A stretch of 32,000 nucleotides of DNA from Aliivibrio fischeri ES114 (lineage in GTDB: Bacteria > Pseudomonadota > Gammaproteobacteria > Enterobacterales > Vibrionaceae): the NCBI RefSeq assembly GCF_000011805.1, contig NC_006840.2; one strand, given 5' to 3'. Each line of letters begins with the position of its first letter. Position 1 is the first letter of the stretch. This document shows, piece after piece, positions 12,729 to 21,103 of the stretch. Below the pieces are notes generated by a model. That model had not been told where the DNA came from. It made no database searches and worked only from the letters and a program-made list of their open reading frames with translations. Made by a program: the position numbers and the translations under genes.

Positions 12729-14065
12729 AGTATAAAGAAGTATTAGCAGCTCGAATTAATTCACTATCGAAAAGGCATAAGCTTGTTTTAATGTCTTTGT
12801 CTCTTTTTACGGTAGTTGTTTTTATTTGGGAACCGACACATAGCATTAGTCAAAGTCTTTCGGAACCATCTCGAAGCACTGTGACATTGTCGAGTGAGAA
12901 TCTACAAACATTAGCAGATCAGAATAGTGAACCTGTAGAAACGATTTTTGATCCTAATGATCCAGAATTTAATGCCCCTAAAGATGAATTAGATAAGCAC
13001 ATTAATGCTGAAGATATCGTTCATTCACATACCGTTGATGCGGGTGAAACGTTAGGCGCTATTTTTAATCAATACGCATTATCTATTTCAGATATGTATG
13101 CACTTCTTGATGTAAATAAATCAGCGGCGAATATGCGAGTTGGTGTTGATCTTGAGTGGCAGCAAGATGAAGATGGGAAATTAACCGAGTTAAAAATCCA
13201 TCGAAACATTAAAGATACGGATGTGTATGCTTGGAATGGTGAAAAATATACTTTCACTCAGATTGAAGAGAAGGGTGAGATAAAACCCGTATTCCTTTCA
13301 GGTAGAGTAACAAGTAATTTTTATAATTCAGCACGTTCAGCTGGGTTAACGCCTGGTCAAATTCAAACACTTGCAAAACAGCTCCAATGGAAATTTGATT
13401 TTGGTAAAGAAGCTCGCAAAGGCGACCGATTTGCCGTTGAAATTGATAAAGAGTTTATCGATGGGAAAGCCGTTTCATCTGGTGATGTAAAAGCCGTGCT
13501 ATACAAAAATGCAGGTCGTGATATCACACTAATTAAACACACTGACGGACATTATTATGATGTTCAAGGTCGTAGTTTAAATCGAGCATTAGAGCGTTTT
13601 CCTACTCATCAACGCTACAGAATTAGTTCACCGTTTAACCCATATCGTAAGCATCCAATAACGGGAAGAATTTCGCCTCATAATGGTACTGATTTTGCCA
13701 CTCCAGTAGGAACATCTGTTTATGCAACGGGCGATGGTGTTGTAGTTCGAGCATTGCATCACCCACTTGCAGGTAACTACATCATTATTAAACATGGGCG
13801 TGAATACATGACTCGCTATCTTCATTTAAGTAAGATCTTAGTGAAGAAAGGACAAAAAGTATCAATGGGAGACAAGATAGCGCTAAGTGGTAATACAGGC
13901 CGTTCAACAGGACCTCACTTGCACTATGAACTAATTAAAAATGGTCGAGCAGTTAATGCCATGAAGGTACCTTTACCTCAGGCATCTCCAGTAAAAAGTG
14001 ATGAGCGAGCTCGTTTTAAACAACAAGCTAAGCTAACGATTGAAGCACTGCAAGAGCAGGTCTAA
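12725..14065 (+). CDS. mepM: Murein DD-endopeptidase MepM/YebA (OapA/LysM-like N-domain plus M23 metallopeptidase)
   Basis: Has the M23 motifs HNGTDF (HxxxD) and GPHLHYE (HxH), and an N-terminal TM anchor. I prefer the ATG at 12725 (ATGA overlap with the znuA stop) over the TTG at 12713 used in the ORF track. The znuA-mepM order matches E. coli. Confidence 0.85.
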   Translation: MKYKEVLAARINSLSKRHKLVLMSLSLFTVVVFIWEPTHSISQSLSEPSRSTVTLSSENLQTLADQNSEPVETIFDPNDPEFNAPKDELDKHINAEDIVHSHTVDAGETLGAIFNQYALSISDMYALLDVNKSAANMRVGVDLEWQQDEDGKLTELKIHRNIKDTDVYAWNGEKYTFTQIEEKGEIKPVFLSGRVTSNFYNSARSAGLTPGQIQTLAKQLQWKFDFGKEARKGDRFAVEIDKEFIDGKAVSSGDVKAVLYKNAGRDITLIKHTDGHYYDVQGRSLNRALERFPTHQRYRISSPFNPYRKHPITGRISPHNGTDFATPVGTSVYATGDGVVVRALHHPLAGNYIIIKHGREYMTRYLHLSKILVKKGQKVSMGDKIALSGNTGRSTGPHLHYELIKNGRAVNAMKVPLPQASPVKSDERARFKQQAKLTIEALQEQV

Positions 14066-14090
14066 CTGTTTAGATAAACATAATTATATA

Positions 14091-14126
14091 AAGCCCTGCA
14101 TATATTAATATGACAGGGCTTTTTTA
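14091..14126 (+). terminator. Rho-independent terminator after mepM
   Basis: AAGCCCTGCA-N11-TGACAGGGCTT followed by TTTTTT. Confidence 0.8.
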
Positions 14127-14213
14127 TATCCTTTATCTATGCATTGATTGCTATATAGACGGAGTTTTTCTATGATGTTGATACCCATTCTCTTTTCATT
14201 CTAAGGCGAGTAG

Positions 14214-17200
14214 ATGCTTTTCTTCAGAATACTTATTTTAAGTATTTTTCTCTTTTTCTCTACTTTCACTTTATCACAATCTGAAAGCTCAATTTTTTAC
14301 CCAATGCCAATTCATACTGACGGCCAATATATTACCGCTCAGCAACTGTTTATGAGAGAAGATGGTGCGGTATGGATGTATGACATCTATGGTCAACTTC
14401 ATCTATTTGATGGTGAAAATATTTTTACTATAGGTGAAAAGAGCGATAGAACCTTGCCAAGGAAAATAGCGTATTTTAATGGAGAGTTTTGGTTTATTAA
14501 AAAAGGAAGTATTCACGCGTGGTCTAAAAAAACAGGAATGAATGAAATTTATAAGATGCCAAAAGGAACTAGCATCATAGAAATGAATCAGCAGAATGGA
14601 ATGTTCTGGGGCAATGATACCGATAGTTTTTTTGTTTATGACCCAAAGAAAAAGCGTTATTACTCATCTAATATCAATGAAGTAAATACCAGTGCAATTT
14701 TAGATGAAATCACGATAACTGGTGCTATATATGTTGATAATCGTTGGTTAGTTTCTACATCTGAGGGGGTTTTTGAGTTTGATATAGCTACAGAAAGCTA
14801 TACACCCCTTTATCTTGGACAATATATAGATGCCATTTTTTACTCTAAATATACTGATAAGATATTTTTAGGGACCCATGGCAGTATTTGGTCTTCAGAG
14901 CTTCATGATCATGAACTAATCATTAATAAAAAAATATTAATAAATTCGTCATTACTTTCATTTGCAGAAACAGAAAGTTACTTTTGGTTTGGGACGAGTG
15001 ATGGGCTATATAAATGGAATATTTTAAATAACAAAATAGACCATTTTACTGCGGTTGTTCGTGATGACTACTCTTTAGAAGGTAATAAGGTTTATTCTGT
15101 TATTGCTGATCATAATAATGGCCTTTGGGTTGCCACTGATAATGGTGTGAGCTATTACTCGGACAGCAATCGATTATTTTCGCGTTTACGCTATAAAGAC
15201 GTAAACGGATTACTGAATATCAGTGAAATTAATGCGATTACTCAAACATCAGAGAATGATGCGTGGTTAGGTACATCGTCAGGTTTATTATTGATAAACA
15301 CGGATAACTTATATCAACCAATCGTTACCATAAGTAAGCATTCGATCAATGATCTTACTCATGGTGATCAGTTTGTATGGGCTGCAACGGATAAAGGAAT
15401 ATTGCAAGTCGATCCACAGTTAAAAAATACCTATATACCTAAAGGCCTTAAATCCGTAGAAGATGAAAGTATCGAGCATTTACTATTAAGTGATGATGAT
15501 ATGTTATGGTTTTCCAGTTCTTATGGTTTGTATAAGTACGACATTCATCAAGATAAATTAGTAAATCTAGGGTTCTCTTGGGCCTTGGATCAGAAGCATT
15601 CAATACAAATAACGCACATCTATCAAAATAAGAACAGTCAAATATCCATAGGGACAAATGTCGGTTTATATCGATATGAAAATGGAGCGTTAACCTTTGA
15701 TTATGCCTATGTTCATGCAGGCAGTATTTTAGATATGGTAGATACTGAATATGGAAATTCATGGATTGTCAGTAACTATGGGTTGCAGATCAGTAATAGT
15801 AACGGGATAAGAACGGATATATCATTACCAACAGAATACACCACACCACATTGTGTATTATCCAGTGATAACGGTGTTTGGCTATCATCAAGTAAAGGGC
15901 TCTCTTTATATACCCATCGTGGACGAATCGTAAAGCATTTTGGAACTCAAAGCGGACTTATCAATAATGAATTACTTCCTGATCTTTGTTCAATATCTCC
16001 AAATGGCGTAATGCTATTTGCAAGTAAAGATGGGGTTATCGTTGCTCATGAGCAGGAGTTAATTGAATACCATCGTCCAAAACCTCACGTAGTATTAGGT
16101 CAAATTAAAATTGATTCTGAAATTGTGAATTATGGAGGAGAGAAAAAGTTAACTAAGCAAGTTCCTTATGGGGCGAATATATCGTTTTTGTTTGGTGTGC
16201 TTCCTGAGTTCAATAACAAGTCGCTTTCTTTTCAATTGTTGGGCTCTAATGATGAAGCATGGCAAGATTTTGATGGTAGCTTATTAATCTTTGATTCGTT
16301 GCAATCAGGTAAGTATGAATTACGTATAAAACCACGAAATAACGGCCAGCGAAGAAGTCTTGTGACTGAGGTTGAGTTTTATGTTGAAGTTCCGTGGTTT
16401 TTTGCTCCTTGGTTTATCTTCTTTTTATTTAGTTTAGTGAGTGCAATCTTAATGGGCATTTACTATTGGCGATCTAAAGAAATTAAGAAAAGTAATGAGA
16501 AGCTGAAAAAAAGTGTTGAAATCAAAACGAAGCAATTAAGTAATCAAGGTAAAGCGTTAATCTCAAGCAATCGACAATTGCAAAAGCTTCTTACTGTTCG
16601 TCAGCATGTTATTTCTGAAATGGCAGAACAAGCTAGACAGCCAATAAAAGACATTCAAGCAAATCTACAAAAGAAAGGGTTACTTACCAACCTTGCTTTG
16701 GCGAATCAATGTGAACACAGTTTGCAATTATTAGAGCAACTGACTCATATTGAACCTTTTGTTACGTTGCAAAAGAATAAGAGAACCAATCAAATTTTAG
16801 CTCCTTTACTTAGTGCGGCATTAAAAAGCTGGAAAGATGAATACCATACAAAAGGGGTTGATCTTATTCTTGAAGACAATTCACAAGGCGTTTCTATCTT
16901 TGTTCAACCGCTCTTGATCGATGCCATTTTTAATAATGTATTATTTAGCTTATTAAAACGAAGTCAATCAGGTGAGGTGGTAACGATACGTATTCAGTGT
17001 GATGGCACACGAGTGGCTGCTTACTTTTTGAGTGAAGGTGCTGAGATATCAGTAACTGAGCTAGATGAACTAGGAAGAGTGGATTTATCACAAACAATTG
17101 AAGTGATTAATCAAGCATTAGGCCTTCCAGCAGTTAAATTACTCACGGTTCAAAATGGTGGGCATTTTGAAATAGTTAAGAACATGTCTGGCTCTAATGA

Positions 17201-17621
17201 GTTGCAATTTTCGTGGCCAATTGCTATCGATGAATTTATTACGCCCCAAGTACCAGAGGTTCATTCTAAAGATAAAGACAGTGATGAGCAGAAACAACAC
17301 CAAGAATGGTTATTAAAAGTCTACCAACTTATTGAGGATAATTACTCTCTGGCGTCTTTTGGTACGAGTGCGGCGGCAAAAGCACTGTTTATATCCGAAC
17401 GAAATCTGCAACGGAAATTTAAGCAATTAACTCAGCGTTCTTTTATGGAATATTTAATTGATACACGATTAGAAAAAGCGTGTGAATTACTTATCTCTGG
17501 TCAGAAAGTTGCAGATGCTGCTTTTGAATCAGGTTTTAATGACCCTTCTTATTTTAGTAAGCGCTTTAAGCGTCACTATGGTTTGTCTCCAACACAGTTT
17601 GTGACTGAGAATGAAGAATAG
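14214..17621 (+). CDS. tfoS: Transmembrane AraC-family regulator, TfoS-like: periplasmic beta-propeller-repeat/Y_Y_Y sensor, degenerate histidine-kinase-like core, C-terminal AraC HTH
   Basis: The ORF itself is near-certain (1135 aa). It has a signal peptide, about 700 aa of periplasmic W/Y/G-rich propeller-type repeats, and a Y_Y_Y-like module (SFQLLGSNDEAWQDF...GKYELRIKP). A TM helix lies near nt 16389-16470, followed by a coiled coil, a DHp/CA-like region, and an AraC HTH (FNDPSYFSKRFKRHYGLSP). The tfoS name rests on architecture, the znu/feo neighbourhood and the adjacent sRNA candidate, all recalled from V. cholerae literature and not verified. Confidence 0.6.
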   Translation: MLFFRILILSIFLFFSTFTLSQSESSIFYPMPIHTDGQYITAQQLFMREDGAVWMYDIYGQLHLFDGENIFTIGEKSDRTLPRKIAYFNGEFWFIKKGSIHAWSKKTGMNEIYKMPKGTSIIEMNQQNGMFWGNDTDSFFVYDPKKKRYYSSNINEVNTSAILDEITITGAIYVDNRWLVSTSEGVFEFDIATESYTPLYLGQYIDAIFYSKYTDKIFLGTHGSIWSSELHDHELIINKKILINSSLLSFAETESYFWFGTSDGLYKWNILNNKIDHFTAVVRDDYSLEGNKVYSVIADHNNGLWVATDNGVSYYSDSNRLFSRLRYKDVNGLLNISEINAITQTSENDAWLGTSSGLLLINTDNLYQPIVTISKHSINDLTHGDQFVWAATDKGILQVDPQLKNTYIPKGLKSVEDESIEHLLLSDDDMLWFSSSYGLYKYDIHQDKLVNLGFSWALDQKHSIQITHIYQNKNSQISIGTNVGLYRYENGALTFDYAYVHAGSILDMVDTEYGNSWIVSNYGLQISNSNGIRTDISLPTEYTTPHCVLSSDNGVWLSSSKGLSLYTHRGRIVKHFGTQSGLINNELLPDLCSISPNGVMLFASKDGVIVAHEQELIEYHRPKPHVVLGQIKIDSEIVNYGGEKKLTKQVPYGANISFLFGVLPEFNNKSLSFQLLGSNDEAWQDFDGSLLIFDSLQSGKYELRIKPRNNGQRRSLVTEVEFYVEVPWFFAPWFIFFLFSLVSAILMGIYYWRSKEIKKSNEKLKKSVEIKTKQLSNQGKALISSNRQLQKLLTVRQHVISEMAEQARQPIKDIQANLQKKGLLTNLALANQCEHSLQLLEQLTHIEPFVTLQKNKRTNQILAPLLSAALKSWKDEYHTKGVDLILEDNSQGVSIFVQPLLIDAIFNNVLFSLLKRSQSGEVVTIRIQCDGTRVAAYFLSEGAEISVTELDELGRVDLSQTIEVINQALGLPAVKLLTVQNGGHFEIVKNMSGSNELQFSWPIAIDEFITPQVPEVHSKDKDSDEQKQHQEWLLKVYQLIEDNYSLASFGTSAAAKALFISERNLQRKFKQLTQRSFMEYLIDTRLEKACELLISGQKVADAAFESGFNDPSYFSKRFKRHYGLSPTQFVTENEE

Positions 17622-17756
17622 TAAGCAACTGAAACTATGTTCTTTAAAAGAAAATAAGCGATGTATACGATGAAACTTGGTCGACAAATATAAGTAACGT
17701 GTTGAATGTTTGGGGTTCAATATGAGTTATTTAATCGGATGGGTATTTTCATAAAG

Positions 17757-17888
17757 AAAAAAAAGATCGTGACGTAGCCGGGGGGACTACGCCACGGGCG
17801 CCAAAGACGCCTTCGCTTGCTGCCGAAGTAACAAGATACTTCTTGTTACTTCTATTAGAATAAAAGTTGAGAGGTCTCCCTCTCGATG
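17757..17888 (-). ncRNA. Candidate sRNA of about 130 nt on the minus strand, TfoR-like by genomic context
   Basis: Read on the minus strand, there are four elements. (1) A 6-bp hairpin with a GNRA loop, GAGAGG-GAGA-CCUCUC (17884-17869). (2) An AU-rich single-stranded linker, AACUUUUAUUCUAAUA. (3) A perfect 11-bp hairpin, GAAGUAACAAG-aaguau-CUUGUUACUUC (17852-17825). (4) A GC-rich terminator hairpin (17796-17768) followed by AUC-UUUUUUUU. There is no ORF. The 5' end is inferred from a TATAGT -10 and is uncertain. Confidence 0.5.
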
Positions 17889-17894
17889 TAATTA

Positions 17895-17959
17895 ACTATA
17901 ACTGCCTCTTCTTTTTTTACATATCAAAATAACGACAATCTATTGGTACAAAAACGACA
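17895..17959 (-). promoter_or_regulatory. Putative activator-dependent promoter of the sRNA candidate
   Basis: On the minus strand there is a -10 TATAGT (17900-17895) and no recognisable -35. Two direct repeats, TGTCGTTTTT (17959-17950) and TGTCGTTATT (17937-17928), are spaced 22 bp apart, at about -45 and -67 from the inferred start. This layout is typical of AraC-type activators. Confidence 0.3.
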
Positions 17960-18214
17960 TTCATATAATTTTATACTTATCCATTTGTTTTTAAATGATA
18001 TTTTTTTGTTTGTCGTTTTTGTTATGTTTTTAATTATTTTAACGTTATTTATTTATGGCATTAAATTGACGTAATTGACGTGGTTTTGGAAGCAATGTCA
18101 TATATCTTATTTTACGATTAACAAAAGGGTATTTGATGTTTTTTGTCAATTTACTGAAAAAAATTGATTTAGCGCAAGAAAAAAGTAACTGTTAGTTATA
18201 AAATGAAACGAAAT

Positions 18215-18233
18215 AATAATGATTCTCACTATC
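18215..18233 (+). promoter_or_regulatory. Fur box upstream of feoA
   Basis: AATAATGATTCTCACTATC matches 15 of 19 positions of the recalled Fur consensus GATAATGATAATCATTATC. It lies 13 nt upstream of the preferred feoA start. Confidence 0.65.
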
Positions 18234-18245
18234 GTGGAGCTTGAG

Positions 18246-18473
18246 ATGAACCTAGCGCAATTAGAGAGCGGCAAAAAAGCTGTAGTAACAGACATGTCTT
18301 TGTTACCAACCGACACAAGAAAGAAGTTAATGGTAATGGGTATGTTGCCTCATACTGAAATTGCGATTTTACGAAAAGCTCCAATGGGTGACCCATTACA
18401 GATTAGCGTGAGAGGCACTTCTCTTGCTATCCGAAAGAATTTAGCTGAACAAATTACAGTTAAGGAATTATAA
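18246..18473 (+). CDS. feoA: Ferrous iron transport protein A
   Basis: A 75-aa SH3-like FeoA (MNLAQLESGKKAVVTDM...). The start was moved to the ATG at 18246, which has GGAG 6 nt upstream. The ORF-track ATG at 18219 lies inside the Fur box. feoB follows directly. Confidence 0.9.
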   Translation: MNLAQLESGKKAVVTDMSLLPTDTRKKLMVMGMLPHTEIAILRKAPMGDPLQISVRGTSLAIRKNLAEQITVKEL

Positions 18474-18474
18474 A

Positions 18475-20751
18475 ATGCAGTATCAAGTATTAACTGTAGG
18501 TAACCCAAATAGCGGTAAAACAACGCTGTTTAATGGATTAACTGGTGCAAAGCAACAGGTAGGTAACTGGGCGGGTGTTACGGTTGAAAAGAAAACCGGT
18601 AAATATACGTGTTCTGGTGATGAGTTTTTACTCACTGACTTACCAGGTATCTATGCATTAGACAGTGGTAATGACGTAAACAGTTTGGATGAAACTATCG
18701 CATCACGAGCCGTGTTAACTCATGCTGCGGATGTGATTATTAATGTTGTTGATGCTTCTTGTTTAGAACGCAGCTTATACATGACATTACAACTTCGTGA
18801 GTTGGGGCGCCCAATGATCGTTGTTTTAAATAAAATGGATGTGCTTAAGCGTCAACGTCAAATTTTAGATGTAAAAGGGTTAGAAAAAGTTCTGGGTTGC
18901 CCTGTATTGTCCTTATCGGCAAATGATAAAAGCCAAGTTCATAAATTCAAAGAGAAGTTACATAAGTCAATTGCACAAGGCATTAAAATGATGCCACTTG
19001 AGCTTACTTATGGTGATGATGTTGAAGCTGCAATTAAAGAAGCATCGGCATTATTCTCGAGTGAATATGCATCTAGTCGCTCACTGGCAATTCGTGCTTT
19101 AGAAAACGATGCTTTAGTACTTAATACACTAGAAGCCGATAAGCGAAATCAAGTAGCTAATATTACTAATGTACTCAATACAAATGTTGAAGCTGACTTT
19201 CATATTGCTGATTGTCGTTACACTTTCCTACATCAATTATGTCAGCAATTACGTCGTCAAGAAGGCCGATTAAGCCACAGTGTCAGTGAGAAAATTGACC
19301 AAGTTATTCTAAATAAGTGGGTTGGTGTTCCTTTCTTCTTTTTCGTCATGTACTTAATGTTCATGTTCTCTATCAACATTGGTAGTGCATTTATTGATTT
19401 CTTCGATATCGGTGTTGGTGCACTTCTTGTTGATGGCGGTCATTATTTATTAGATGGTCATCTACCTGTTTGGTTAGTGACATTAATTGCTGATGGTGTC
19501 GGTGGTGGTATTCAAACCGTAGCGACCTTCATTCCTGTTATCGCTTGCCTATATTTGTTCCTTTCTTTATTAGAAAGTTCTGGTTATATGGCTCGTGCTG
19601 CATTTGTACTTGATAAAGTGATGCAAAAGATTGGATTACCAGGTAAAGCGTTTGTACCACTTGTACTTGGTTTTGGTTGTAACGTTCCAGCTATCATGGC
19701 TACTCGTACTCTAGAACAAGAGCGTGAGCGTAAATTGGCAGCGTCAATGGCTCCATTTATGTCATGTGGTGCTCGTTTACCTGTATATGCATTGTTTGCT
19801 GCTGCTTTCTTTCCTGAAAATGGCCAAAACGTTGTATTTGGTTTGTACTTTTTCGGTATTTTAGCTGCAGTATTTACTGGTTTGTTACTGAAACATACGA
19901 TTTATCCAGGACGTAGTGATTCGTTCATCATGGAAATTCCAGATTACGAATTCCCAACGATGCGTAACATCATGATCAAAACATGGCAGAAACTAAAACG
20001 TTTTGTACTTGGTGCGGGTAAAACCATCGTTGTTGTTGTAACAATATTAAGCTTCTTCAATTCACTAGGTATGGATGGCACGTTTGGTAACGAAGACAGT
20101 GAAAACTCTGTACTTTCAAAAGCAGCTCAAGTGGTTACTCCTGTGCTTGCACCAATTGGTATTCAAGAAGATAACTGGCCAGCAACAGTAGGTATTATCA
20201 CAGGTATCTTTGCTAAAGAAGCCGTTGTTGGTACGTTAAATAGCTTATATGCCGATCCTGCGGGCGATGATGCTGAGTTTGATTTAATGGCTAGCTTAAA
20301 TGAAGCCGTAATGTCTATTCCAGATAACTTATCAGGGTTAAGCTACTCAGATCCACTAGGTGTTGAAGTGGGTGACTTAACAGATATTGAAGCGGTAGCA
20401 GAAGAGCAAGGCGTTGAGAATTCAATTTTTGGTAATCTACAAGCTCACTTTGTAACAAGTGCAAGCGCAATGGCTTACTTAATCTTCATCCTGCTTTACA
20501 CTCCATGTGTTGCGGCGATGGGGGCATACATGCGTGAATTTGGTCGTAAATACTCGTACTTTATTGCTGGATGGACAATGCTACTTGCTTATGTTTCAGC
20601 AACACTGTACTACCAAATTGCTCACTTCTCAGCAGCACCGATGACAAGTGCTATGTGGATAGCTATTTCACTTATTATTATGTTAGTGACTTACCTAGTA
20701 CTAAAACGTAAAGGTCAAGAAGCTCAAGAACAGCAGGCAGCATTAGTATGA
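18475..20751 (+). CDS. feoB: Ferrous iron transporter FeoB (N-terminal G-domain plus polytopic permease)
   Basis: 758 aa. Has the G1 motif GNPNSGKTT, DLPG and NKMD, and a long hydrophobic C-terminal domain. Confidence 0.95.
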   Translation: MQYQVLTVGNPNSGKTTLFNGLTGAKQQVGNWAGVTVEKKTGKYTCSGDEFLLTDLPGIYALDSGNDVNSLDETIASRAVLTHAADVIINVVDASCLERSLYMTLQLRELGRPMIVVLNKMDVLKRQRQILDVKGLEKVLGCPVLSLSANDKSQVHKFKEKLHKSIAQGIKMMPLELTYGDDVEAAIKEASALFSSEYASSRSLAIRALENDALVLNTLEADKRNQVANITNVLNTNVEADFHIADCRYTFLHQLCQQLRRQEGRLSHSVSEKIDQVILNKWVGVPFFFFVMYLMFMFSINIGSAFIDFFDIGVGALLVDGGHYLLDGHLPVWLVTLIADGVGGGIQTVATFIPVIACLYLFLSLLESSGYMARAAFVLDKVMQKIGLPGKAFVPLVLGFGCNVPAIMATRTLEQERERKLAASMAPFMSCGARLPVYALFAAAFFPENGQNVVFGLYFFGILAAVFTGLLLKHTIYPGRSDSFIMEIPDYEFPTMRNIMIKTWQKLKRFVLGAGKTIVVVVTILSFFNSLGMDGTFGNEDSENSVLSKAAQVVTPVLAPIGIQEDNWPATVGIITGIFAKEAVVGTLNSLYADPAGDDAEFDLMASLNEAVMSIPDNLSGLSYSDPLGVEVGDLTDIEAVAEEQGVENSIFGNLQAHFVTSASAMAYLIFILLYTPCVAAMGAYMREFGRKYSYFIAGWTMLLAYVSATLYYQIAHFSAAPMTSAMWIAISLIIMLVTYLVLKRKGQEAQEQQAALV

Positions 20752-20990
20752 TTTTAACCGAACTTAAGCAGTATATTGACGAACAAGGCCGTGTAGAGCG
20801 TATTGCATTAGCAAAGAAATTCAGCATGAGTGAAGATGGTGTTGATGCAATGCTTGAGCTTTGGGTAAAAAAAGGAAAGTTAACTCGTGAACTCGCTGGA
20901 TGTGAGAAAACACAATGTTGCCAAGAGGCAGAACGTGTGTGGTATCGCCCAGTGTATCAAAATGAGTTAATGACTACTTACATACGATAG
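20748..20990 (+). CDS. feoC: FeoC-like small winged-helix protein
   Basis: 80 aa. ATGA overlap with the feoB stop. The MILTELKQYIDEQGRVERIALAKKF N-terminus is typical of FeoC/YhgG. Confidence 0.8.
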   Translation: MILTELKQYIDEQGRVERIALAKKFSMSEDGVDAMLELWVKKGKLTRELAGCEKTQCCQEAERVWYRPVYQNELMTTYIR

Positions 20991-21018
20991 TCGCTTAACT
21001 TAGAGTAAAGTGATAAAT

Positions 21019-21050
21019 AAAAACGAGAGCCAATTGGTTCTCGTTTTTTT
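21019..21050 (+). terminator. Rho-independent terminator of feoABC
   Basis: ACGAGAGCC-aatt-GGTTCTCGT followed by T7, with an A-rich run upstream, so it may work in both directions. Confidence 0.8.
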
Positions 21051-21053
21051 ATG

Positions 21054-21103
21054 GGGGAAAGAGGTGAGGGACAAGGGACAAGGGACGAGAATTTAGGGAC
21101 TAG
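21054..21103 (+). repeat. Left arm of the heptamer element: phased GGGACNA heptamers
   Basis: In 7-nt register from 21054: GGGGAAA GAGGTGA GGGACAA GGGACAA GGGACGA GAATTTA GGGACTA. These are inverted relative to the central and right-hand units. Confidence 0.85.

Noticed and set aside
17768-17884. The structured island as a plus-strand terminator for the TfoS-like gene, or as a tRNA/riboswitch fragment.
   Set aside because: On the plus strand no hairpin is followed by a T-run, whereas the minus strand has U8. There is no cloverleaf, and I recognise no riboswitch core. It lies 150 nt past the stop codon.
18136-18195. A 19-codon small ORF (MFFVNLLKKIDLAQEKSNC) upstream of feoA with an AAGGG-like SD.
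   Set aside because: It is very short, lies in an AT-rich region where such ORFs arise by chance, and I know of no leader peptide for feo. It would need Ribo-seq or conservation evidence.
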